Positions 49,312 to 60,645 of a stretch of DNA of 64,000 bases are shown here, piece after piece. The DNA is taken from the NCBI GenBank assembly GCA_030390025.1, contig CM059427.1, positions 186,434,001-186,498,000 of the forward strand, read 5' to 3'. Every line of letters starts with the position of its first letter. Within the stretch, counting starts at the first letter, position 1. Below the pieces are notes generated by a model. It searched no databases, was not told where the DNA came from, and saw only the letters and a list, made by a program, of their open reading frames with translations. Position numbers and translations under genes: made by a program. The DNA is from Squalus acanthias (lineage: Eukaryota).

Positions 49312-51362
49312 CTCTGGTTGGTTCCTCGACATATTGTTCCAGAAACCCATCCCGTAAACATGCTAGGAATTCCTCCTCCACAGTATTTTTACGAATTTGG
49401 TTAGCCCAATCTATATGTAAATTAAAGTCACTCATGATGACTGCTGTGCCCTTACTGCATGCTTCTCTAATTTCCCTTTAATGCCGTCCCCAACCTCCGT
49501 ATTACTGTTTGGAGGTCTATATACCACTCCCACTAACGTTTTCTGCCCCTTGTTATTTCTCAGTTCTACCTATACAGATTCCGCATCATCAGAGCTAATA
49601 TCCTTCCTTTCAATTGTGTTAATCCCCTCTTTAACCAGCAATGCTACCCCACCTCCCTTTCTTTTTTGCCTGTCTTTCCTACATATTGAATAACCCTGGA
49701 TGTTGAGTTCCCAGCCTTGGCCACCCTGGAGCCATGTTTCTGTAATCCCAATCAAATCGTATTCATTTACCTCTATTTGCGCGGCTAATTCATCCACCTT
49801 GTTCCGAATGCTCCTTGCATTAAGACACAAAGCCTTCAGGCTTGTTTTTTTAACGCTCTCAGACCTATATGAATTATTATTTACTGTGACCATGTTTGAA
49901 TTAAACCGTTGAGTTCTTTGCCTTCTACTTTTGTTTTTCTCCTTCCTGTCTTTTGCTTTTATCCTTGTTTCCCTTTCCTCTGTCTCCCTGCTCAGGTTCC
50001 CAACCCCCTGCCACTTTAGTTTAAACCCTCCCCAACAGCACTAGCAAACACTCCCCCTAGGACATCGGTCCCGGCCCTGCCCAGGTGCAGTCCGTCCCGT
50101 TTGTACTGGTCCCACCTCCCCCAGAACCGGTTCCAATGTCCAAGGAATTTGAATCCCTCCCACTTGCACCATTCCTCTAGCCACGTATTCATTTGAAATA
50201 TCCTCCTATTTCTACTCTGACTAGCACATGGCACTGGTAGCAATCCTGAGATTACTACCTTTGAGGTCCCATTTTTTAATTTATATCCTAACTCCCTATA
50301 TTCTGCTTTTAGGACCTCATCCCATTTTTTACCTATATCGTTGTTGCCTATGTGCACCATGACAACTGGCTGTTCGCCCTCCCCCTCCAAAATGTTCTGT
50401 AGCTGCTCCGAGACGTCCTTGACCCTTGCACCAGGGAGGCAACACACCATCCTGGAGTCTTGTTTGCGGCCGCAGAAACGCCTATCTATTCCCCTTACAA
50501 TTGAATCCCCTATCACTATAGCTCTTCCACACTTTTTCCTCCCAGCCTGTGCAGCAGAGCCACCCATGGTGCCAGGAAGTTTGCTGCTGCTGCCTTCCCC
50601 TGATAAGTCATCCCCCCAACAACATCCAAAGTGGTATATCTGTTTGAGAGGGGGATGGCCACAGGGGACCCCTGCACTACCTGCCTGCACCTCTTACTCT
50701 GCCTGGTGGTCACCCATTCACTTCCTGCCTGTACACCCTTTACCTGCGGTGTGACTAACTCGCTAAACGTGTTATCCACGACGTTCTCAGCATCGTGAAT
50801 GCTCCAGTATGCATCCATCCACAGCTCCAGCGCTGCAGTGCGGTCCATCAGTAGCTGCAGCTGCATACACTTACCACACACATGGTCATTAGGGACACAG
50901 GAAGCGTCTCTGATTTCCCACATATAGCAGGAGGAGCATATCACGGGGCGGAGCTCTCCTGCCATGACTTATCCTTAAATTAATTAATTAAAATTAAATT
51001 AAATGAATCCCACCAATTTCACTTCAATTAAATGATATACTCAAGGGCCCTTGTTTAACAGCAGTCCCCCCTACACCACAGAGACTCTAGAAACTATAAA
51101 CCGCAGAATTTAAGTATAGAAAAAAGGAGAAAGAGAGAAATACTCACCAACCAATCACTTACCTGCTTTCTGGTGACGTCACACTTCGATTACTTTTTAC
51201 TTCTGTCTCCCGCTCTGAGATTGGTGGACCTACCTGCTCCTCGGGCTCCCTTTTGTACTCTGCTGCCGCCACTCCACCTAGGTCCGCACCGCCGCTGCTC
51301 TTCCCTCTGCACTGCTCCACTAACATGCCTGAGTCCACAAAAAGCAGGACAAATCCTTTCTG

Positions 51363-52748
51363 GCCATTTACCGCCCCATCAGTCTACTCTCAATCACCAG
51401 TAAAGTGATGGAAGGTGTGGTCGACAGTGCTATCAAGCGACACTTACTCACCAATAACCTGCTCACTGATGCACAGTTTGGCTTCCAACAAAACCACTTG
51501 ACTCTAGACCTCATTTCAGCCTCGGTCCATACATGGACAAAGGAGCTGAATTCCAGAGGTGAGATGAGAGTGACTGCCCTTGACATCAAGGCAGCATTTG
51601 ACCGAGTGTGGCATCAAGGAGCCCCAGTAAAACTGGAGTCAATGGGAATCGAAGGGAAAACTCTCCACTGGCTGGAGTCATACCTAGCACAAAGGAAGAT
51701 GGTTGTGGTGGTTGAAGGTCAATCATCATAGTGCCAGGACATCGCCGCAGGAGTTCCTCAGGGCAGTGTCCTAGACCCAACCATCTTCAGCTGCTTCATC
51801 AATGACCTTCCCGCCAACATAAGGTCAGAAATGGGGATGTTTGATTATGACTGCACAGTGTTCAGTGCCATTCGTAACTCCTCAGATAATGAAGCCATCC
51901 ATGCCCGCATGCAACAAGACCTGGATGACATTCAGGCTTGGGCTGATAAGTGGCAGGTAACATTCACGCCACACAAGTGACAGGCAATGACTATCTCCAA
52001 CAAGCAAGAGTCTAACCACCTCCCCTTGACATTCAACGGTATTACCATCACCAAATCCCCCACCATCAACATCCTGGGGGGGTCACCATTCACCAGAAAC
52101 TTAAAAGGACCAGCCACATAAATACCGTGGCAACAAGAACAGGTCAGAGGCTGGGTATTCTGTGGCAAGTGCCTCACCTACTGCCTCCCAAAAGCCTTTC
52201 CACCATCTACAAGGCACAAGTCAGGAGTGTGATGGAATACTCTCCACTTGTCTGGAAGAGTGCAGCTCCAACAACACACAAGAAGCTCGACACCATCCAA
52301 GACAAAGCAGCCGGCTTGATTGGCACCCCATCCACCACCTTAAACATTCCCTCCCTCCACCACCAGCGTACCTTGGCTGCAGTGTGTACCATATACAAAA
52401 TGCGCTGCAGCAACTCGCCAAGGCTTCTTCGGCAGTACCTCCCAAACCTGCAAATTCTACCACCTAGAAGGGCAAGGGCAGCAGGTGCATGGGAAGACCA
52501 CCACCTCCAAGTTTACCTCCAAGTCACACACAATCCTGACTTAAAAGTATATCGCCGTTCCTTCATCGTCACTGCGTCAAAATCCTGGAACTCCCTCCCT
52601 AACAGCACTGTGGGAGTACCTTCACCACACGGACTGCAGCGGTTCAAGAAGGCGGCTCACCACCACCTTCTCAAGGGCAATTAGGGATTTGCAATAAATG
52701 CTGGCCTTGCCAGTGATGCCCACATCCCATGAACAAATAAAAAAAAAT
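51363..52748 (+). mobile_element. 5'-truncated non-LTR retrotransposon (second LINE family), frameshifted RT
   Basis: QFGF, LDIKAAFDRV and QGSVL motifs, ending in AATAAA and poly-A. Confidence 0.9.
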
Positions 52749-53287
52749 GGAGCAGCAGTGAACAAGAAAAGGTTAATTGTTGTTAATTCATATTGTCATT
52801 TATATAAAATTCATAAATTTTCTGATCAGTTTTAATTAATTATGTGTAAGTGAAAATTTTAGTGGAGAATTCTTTTGCAAGTGTACTTTTTGTCCATTCT
52901 TCCCATAATAGGTAATTACATCTCACTTTTCATTTCTATTTCAATGACTTTATTTTCAGTTGGAAAGTCTATGTGGCTGGTGGTTAAGAGGTGGATTTTG
53001 CATGGTCCATCGTTTATTAGGATGAGTAACTTTTATTACACTTCTCACTGGAAGAGGTGGAGAAGAAGTTTATGAAGAAATTTACTGAAGAAGTTTATTG
53101 TACATTTTACAGTTCCAAGTTAGAATGGGGAAATAATTTGGAAAGCTCTTTTACCTCATTTCTTTCTGTTCACAGTTTGAAGTGTTAAACGTATTCAGGA
53201 AATGTGCCTCTGGTGGTTTTCTGGTGCTATATATATATCTATATCTACATGTATATTTCTTACAGGCAAAGAGACGGAATCTGTGAA

Positions 53288-53375
53288 ATGAGGCTACGAT
53301 TTTTCTGCAGCAAAATGCCAGCTGGTTTGATGTTCAGTTTCATTGTGTTTCTACTTCCGTCTGTTTTCACACAAA
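53288..53375 (+). CDS. Copy B leader exon (MRLRFFCSKMPAGLMFSFIVFLLPSVFTQ)
   Basis: ATGs at 53288 and 53315, hydrophobic signal-like core, and a phase-1 GTAAGT donor at 53376 matching the D1 acceptor. An acceptor AG at 53264-53265 implies an upstream non-coding exon. Confidence 0.75.
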
Positions 53376-53599
53376 GTAAGTGCCTTATTTCCACCGATCA
53401 CAGTCATATTGTTTTACTTCATCATAGTGTTTAATGAATTCAAGCAAGTAAGGTCTTTATTTTCATGTCCCTGCTCCTTTAAACAGGATGTGTAAGTTCA
53501 CTTTTCAGATTCAACAATGGATCAACTTAATAAAATGAAAAATGTTATCATATTTCTCGTTGCTCTTCAACTCCTTTTCCTGATCTATCTATTAAGCAA

Positions 53600-55280
53600 T
53601 AAGAGCCGAGTAGATGATCCATATCAGCCTACTCCCGAGGTCACCACCATCACAGAAGCCAGTCTTCAGCCAATTCGATTCACTTCATGTGATATCAAGA
53701 AATGGCTGAGCGCACTGGATACAGCAAAGGCTATGGGCCCCGACAACATCCCGGCTATCGTGCTGAAGACTTCTGCTCCAGAACTAGCCGCGCCTCTAGC
53801 CAAGCTATTCCAGTACAGCTACAACACTGGCATCTATCCGCCAATGTAGAAAACTGCCCAGGTATATCCTGTCCACAAAAAGCAGGACGAATCCAACCCG
53901 GCCAATTACCGTCCCATCAGTCTACTGTCAATCATCAGCAAAGTGATGGACGGTGTCATCGAATGTGCTATCAAGCGGCACTTACTCACCAATAACCTGC
54001 TCACTGATGCCCAGTTTGGGTTCCGCCAAGACCACTCGGCTCCCAACCTCATTACAGCCTTGGTCCAAACATGGACAAAGGAGCTGAATTCCAGAGGTGA
54101 GGTGAGAGTGACTGCCCTTGACATCATGGCAGCATTTGACCGAGTCTGGCATCAAGGAGCCTTAGTAAAACTGAAGTCAATAGGAATCAGGGGGAAAATG
54201 CTGCACTGGTGGGAGTCATACCTAACACAAAGGAAGATGGTTGTGGTGGTTGAAGGTCAATCATCACAGCCCCAGGACATCGCTGCAGGAGTTCCTCAGG
54301 GCAGTGTCCTAGGTCCAACCATCTTCAGCTGCTTCATCAATGACCTTCCCTCCAACATAAGGTTAGAAATGGGGATGTTCGCTGATGACTGCACAGTGTT
54401 CAGCGCCATTCACAACTCCTCAGATAATGAAGCAGTCCATGCCCGCATGCAACAAGACCTGGACGACGTTCAGGCTTGGGCTGATAAGTGGCAGGTAACA
54501 TTCGCGCCACAGATGTGCCAGGCAATGACTATCTCCAACAAGCGAGACTCTAACCACCTCCCCATGACATTCAATGGCATTACCATCACCGAATCCCCCA
54601 CTATCAACATCCTGGGGGTCACCATTCACCAGAAACTTAACTGGACCAGCCACATAAATACTGTGGCAACAAGAGCAGGTCAGAGGTTAGGTATTCTACG
54701 GCGAGTGTCTCACCTCCTGACTCCCCAAAGCCTTTCCAACATCTACAAGGCACAAGTAAGGAGTGTGATGGAATACTCTCCACTTGCCTGGATGAATGCA
54801 GCTCCAACAATACTCAAGAAGCTCGACACCATCCAGGACACAGCAGCCCGCTTGATTGGCACCCTATCCACCAACTTAAACATTCACTCCCTCCACCACC
54901 AGCGTACCGCAGCTGCAGTGTGTACCATCTACAAGATGCACTGCAGCAACTCGCCAAGGCTTCTTCGGCAGCACCTCCCAAACCCGCAACCTCTTCCACC
55001 TAGAAGAACAAGGGTAGCAGGCGCATGGGAACACCACCACCTCCAAGTTCCACTCCAAGTCACACACCATCCTGACTTAGAAGTATATCGTCGATCCTTC
55101 ATCGTCGCTGGGTCAAAATCCTGGAACTCCCTCCTTAATAGCACTGTGAGAGTACCTTCACCACACGGACTGCAGCGGTTCAAGAAGGCGGCTCGCCACC
55201 ACCTTCTCAAGGGCAATTAGGGATGGGCAATAAATGCAGGCCTTGCCAGCGATGCCCAGATCTAAATTTAAAAAAAAATC
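53600..55280 (+). mobile_element. Same LINE family, 425-aa RT fragment, in the leader-D1 intron of copy B
   Basis: ORF 53943-55220 with VPQGSVLGP and FADD, A-rich tail. Further fragments at about 44180-44350 (+) and 44730-45505 (-). Confidence 0.9.
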
Positions 55281-57678
55281 TCTCCATCTGTCTATCCATC
55301 GACTATTGCATGTAACAAACGTCCATCACACAGCTCGATGTCACATTTCAAAGTGTCACACTCACTCTGTGGAGCACTCTCTGTATTCCACGATATTTCA
55401 GATTTCAACTGCCTAACAGATTGAATGTGGTACAGAATGGTTTCAAAATTAATAACAATATTAAAATGTTAATCAATGCTAATAAAATTCGGAATTATTG
55501 AGAATCATTTTTTGTGTTCGAGGCTGTGCAACATATAAAAGTTACAGTTGGGTAAAACATCATTTGAAAAGGTTTGAAGGTTTGTTGCTGATCCTCACTT
55601 CGGGTCACATCTTGGTTTAGTGTCGAAAGGTGTTTAAACATCACTGTGAATACAGTGTGCACAGAGCCATTGTGGTTTTGGTAATTGTGATGTGAGCTGG
55701 TATTTAATCAAGACTTACAGACACATGGGATTTACTGCTTTAGATCACTTCCCTTATGACAATGTAAATAAAATAATGGTTAAAATGAGGTTTTATCAGT
55801 TTATTTTACCCTTGAAATGAAGGCATATGATGATTCGAAAGAGGAAATATAGCGATGAACTATTGACTGAATGATATGACCTCTGTCACCAGAGGCCACC
55901 TGGAAGTATCCAAATGCATTAATGTTAAATGTCACCTTCACAGCCACAGTTGTCACCTTTCACAGATAAGGCAAAGCACCTGGTGGAAAGAGGCTGCAAG
56001 TCAGCTTTATCTTCAAGGGCTGGTTTATCTCTGTCACGTTTCAGACAAGCGTGGAGTGGACACAGGAACCGCCTGATCTCCGCCCACCTCGTGAAACCCC
56101 GTCACAGGGAGGCGACCCGACATAACCGTATCCTGCACCAATCTCTCTCCCGCTAGCTCCTGTCCACCCTGATAATGTCCCCTGTAGACCAGGAGTCGCA
56201 AGGAAATTTGGAGGTTTTATCTTCTGAAATTAGCCATGTCCTCCCTTTTTATTTTTTGTAGTAATTTTGTATGTTACATAGAATTACAAAGTATTTTACA
56301 GCACAGGAACATCTCCCTCATGTACTTATCTATGTTCAGAAAGCTCTGGTAATAGATACACAGAATATCTACTGGAAGTGTTATGTTTTCCCCTGTAACA
56401 GTGCCTGCAGTGAAGGTGACATGATACAGTGCTTTCTCCTCATGTATTATTGCTTCATTGTAACCTTCTCTGGACTGAACTCCTCAATGAAGGAGCTTTG
56501 CCAGCTTCTTGGGATTGCAGTGGGAGAGGATTTCACTCTCCCTTCTTGCCCAATTTTGGATAGATTGTGGTCGGCAGGGGCAGAAAGTGGGGATGGGGAT
56601 CGGGCGGGCTGCTCCCTGCAGATTGTTGTCACTTCACTGAATATATGGACCCAAATGTGGAGAGATTTATTCAAATTGTGTGGAGAGGCCAAGTGTTATC
56701 AGATGTTACATTCACTGTCATTACTGCCATAACAACGCTGGAACACAAGGGACAGCAGCATGTTCCCAGCATCTAGCGTTGCGTTGGCTTGTGGGAGGGG
56801 ATTTCAATTTCAAATATCATTCTGAAGTAAAGCAATTGATCATGAGGCGATCAATCACCAGGCAGATTTGTCATTGATCCATAGTTGCCCCTCCTCTTCA
56901 GCTGCCTCGTGGGTAACCAGCCCTGATCTGCTGCTGCACGACCTCGAGACCCACAGCAACCACCTCCCTCCCTCTCCCAGGTGGGTTCCTCAGATCAAAG
57001 CACGAGTCCTGCTGGGAGCCCACAGTAATTATGGAAATGATGCTGATCTCAGGAAATTCCCCGGGGTTCATGGTTTGGGAAGACAGGCGGGCAGGGAGTC
57101 TTTCACACTGACCTACAGACAGATAATGGCCAAGTGGAAAATCCTGCCTCCCTTTGTTATCGGTGCTCCTGTGGGTAGCCTGGTCACTGGTGGTCCAGGA
57201 GAACCAACAACGTACTGGGCATTGCACAAGAGGAGGGGAGATCACTTGTAGAGATCGCTGACCTGATTTATGAGCCTGAAGTTTTATGACTGCACCAGTA
57301 CTGTATTCAGTTTTAGGAGAATACTGATTATTGTGATGGTAATTCAGATTTCTTAACAATATGGGAGTAACGATTCCCCTTCCACACTCCCAGTAAATGC
57401 TGGAAATACGGATTGTGAAATTGGACACTGCAGGCCCACGAGGTCAGAGTGCAGTGGCAGAAATTCACCCTCTAATGTCCTAAAGTATCAGTGGATTAGG
57501 CCAGATTATTCCAGACAGTCAGCTCTTCACCGGGGTGTGTATGTGTCATTGCTGAATCCGCTGTATATAAAAAATATGACTGTAAATAAATGAAGTCCAA
57601 TATTAATCATTACAAACATGGGATTAAGGAGTTGCGATTTAAATATTTAAATACTTACATTGTTCCTCTTTCTAACAG

Positions 57679-58020
57679 GAAACCCAAATCATATTTATTT
57701 TTTGGGTGAGGGAGATGACATTCCATTAAAAGGACCGGACAATCCTGGGAATGGCCCTGTTGTCTGGGAATGGAAACCACACTCAGGGCAAGAAATCCAG
57801 CGGCTGGTTACTTTTCACAAAGGGAGTTCGGGCTGGTGGTTCGCACAATGGAGCAATCACTACAGAAACAGTGACTTATACCAGAAGGTAGAACGGAATC
57901 CTGGTACCATTAATCTGAGAATTAGAAAACCCACATTTAAACTTGCGGGATCGTTCATCTTGACTCAAACACAGCCGAGTAATAAAATCCTGAAACAGTA
58001 CGAAATATTTGGGATCAAAG
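57679..58020 (+). CDS. Copy B exon D1, intact cysteine-free V-like Ig domain
   Basis: tctaacAG acceptor and GTGAGT donor, 342 bp open frame NPNHIYFLGEGDDIPLKGP...VVWEW...LAGSFIL...FGIK. Confidence 0.9.
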
Positions 58021-58555
58021 GTGAGTGGAACAAAGTCTAGAAAAGGTTCAATAAAATGATTCTCAGTGAATAATTTCATGTGTAATGATGAGAGATTGCC
58101 AGGATCACATGAGATTTATATCACCCAGTGCAGAGAGCACCTCTCATTAAAACAACCAGGGGAAAGATTTTGTTCATTGTTTCTCCTGAAATGGTCAACA
58201 TGAGTAAAAACATTTCGACAATTTCACCAGAAATATCAAACCGATGAATCTACCCCACAGAGAGTATTATGGTCTGTACAGTGGCACACTCTCTGTCAGA
58301 TGTACTGAATTCTGTTACCAAACCAATAGATCCCTGTAGTAATAGGCCTCAGCGCGATGGGACAGGAATAAGATGGGACAGGAATAAGATTGGCCAGAAT
58401 CACTGCTCCTGATTGCTGTCCAGTGAACCTGTTAGATGTGTCACTTGGTTTAGGTCCCAGAGGATGTCAAGTTTCCCTGGAACTCGTACTATGACAAGGA
58501 GTTAACAGCTTCACAAAAACAGGGAGAAACATAGCAGAGATAAAGAGATACATTG

Positions 58556-59342
58556 GAGGGATTTTAACGCCAAATAACGGGTGACTTGGGGTCGGGTTGG
58601 AGGTTACAGAGTTAAAAATCTGAATCCCGGCCCCAACTCCGGTCCAACCCGCCCACTTCCAGTTTTAACGGGACCGGGGGGGGGGAGGTTGAGGGGGGCA
58701 GCCAACCTGCTCGCAGGAGGTGGGTTGGCACTTTAAATATTATAATGAGCTTGGGTGCCTCATAGTGATCCACCATTTTAAATTTAATTGTGGGCTCGGA
58801 GATTCCGCCAGCTAAAGGGTGACGAGGACTGCTGGATCCAGGGCTTCTGCTTCGCCACCCTGCCCACGATCGGACACCCCTCCCCCCGACCCTTCCGATC
58901 TCCCCCCAACCTCCTCCTGATGCTGTCGACACCCCCCCCCCACAAGACCTCTGAACACTGATCTCCTCTCCTGCCTCCCGATCTGCCCGCTGGCCTTCCG
59001 AGCCCCGTCCAGACTCAGATCCCCCCTCCGGCATTCCAACCTCACCCCTCTGGCCTTTGACCCCCCCTTCAATCTCCGTACCCCTTCCGGACTTCCGCCC
59101 TCCCCCATCTGGTCTTGCGAGCGCCCTCCTCCAGCCTTCCGAACAACCTTTCTAGATCTCCGATTCCCCCCTCCAGCCTTCGACAACCCCACCAGTCCCA
59201 CCCTCCCTCCTTTCTGCGGCCTGGTGCCACAGGCTGGCTGGCTGCTGCAGGTGGGAAACAGAGATTCAAAATGTAAATCAGGCCCTGCCACTAAATTCGG
59301 CCCCGCCACTCCCTATCTGGCTCCAAATTACAATTCCGGCCA
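58556..59342. mobile_element. MITE-like repeat; relatives at about 770-915 plus 2685-2750 and, reversed, at about 62060-62600
   Basis: Shared blocks TTTAAATATTATAATGAG and CAGCTAAAGGG..CGAGGACTGCTGGATCC. Confidence 0.6.
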
Positions 59343-60375
59343 TGAATCAAAATTTTTAGTTTCTGCCAACTAAGGATGTTGCGAATCAGCTGCACTTTCT
59401 GTTTGGTTGATGTGATTAACATCTAAATGAGGCTAAGGTCACTGTCAAAGGAAGTTGGTACAAAATATAATCCAATCCTGAAATGTCATATTGGTCAAAG
59501 TATGTACTAGGCCTGGACCATTGCTCCTGAGGTGTTGGCCCAAACTGCACCAGAATGCGTTGACCATAATAGAAAGTCAACTCATTTACATTTGTTAGTG
59601 GCACTCATGGTACATAGTGCGTGGTACACGGGGAATGTCACATGGGTTGGGCATCAGAGTGTTGGGCGCCAGCAGCTAATGGATGCCACCATTGTTTTGG
59701 CCTGACATTGGAATTAAAGTCCTTGTTGAAGATTTGATTCTTACTTGTCATGTTGTAGGTGGGACTGAAAGTCAGGGTGGGCATTTTTAGAACAAGCCTC
59801 TCCTGAAGTGCCATTCCTCATGGACGCTCAATGATTGGAGCTCTGCTCAGGAGCATTTTGGGAGCCCACTAATTTAAATAACGTAATGACTGTTGATGTG
59901 GATTTTGTGCACAGGCTCCCAGTGCGTGTGTTGGGTGGTCTTACTGAAGTGTGCGAGGCACATTGAGAACAGAGTGGGACTGGAGCCTTCTCCATGTCTG
60001 ATAATATGGGCGCTACATTTCCATCACACCCTCCTCTGGTGAGATTCCATCACCTGTCCATTGTGGTGTCGACTTCCACAAATGTCATCCAAACCATGTA
60101 ACCTTAACCTGACCCCGGATACTCCAGCAGGGTCAGGGGTAAAGGTCATCGGCCGCACTCTGGCTCACTTCACGCTGGCAGAGCTGGACTGAGAATTTTC
60201 AGCCTCACTGTGTTATTCTACTGATAAAATGCACTTGTGTGTAATCTGGCCTGACTCTTTAATGCAGCAAGGTACAAGTGCTGATGATGGGCACATCCTA
60301 CGGTCAGTTAGAACCTAATCGTTGGATTGTACATGTCATTACTTACACTAAATCTTATTGATCTGTTTTTCACAG

Positions 60376-60645
60376 TTGAGTCAAGTCCACAGAGTGCTGT
60401 GGTGGGCAGTGACGTTACACTCAGCTGTACCATCTCCAAACTCTCAGATACAGTCAGTCTTCAATGGAAACAGAGAGACTCATCTCAGCAGAACAGGAGG
60501 AACACTGATCAGATCCGACTAAATAACACAGTCTATCTGATAGTCAAACATGTTGCAGTAGAGGATAAGGAGTTGTACGCGTGTGAAGTGCAGGAAGATG
60601 GATCCATTATTCTCACAGGAAAAGCAGATTTTTCTGTGGCCCAGG
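60376..60645 (+). CDS. Copy B exon D2, intact C2-type Ig domain (VTLSC...W...LYAC); gene continues past the window end
   Basis: Canonical phase-1 splice sites, 270 bp, about 96% identical to 3833-4102. Confidence 0.9.

Larger units (their letters stand above)
45510..51310 (-). mobile_element. Near full-length CR1 LINE with esterase ORF1, interrupted by Penelope
   Basis: ORF1 fragments at 50016-50965 (CxxC motifs, GDSIVRG, DGLHL) and ORF2 fragments at 45601-49893. Confidence 0.95.

Noticed and set aside
48260-49435. 391-aa ORF as a novel endonuclease fusion gene
   Set aside because: Chance in-frame junction of a CR1 APE fragment with an inserted Penelope, bounded by the TSD CTCTG.
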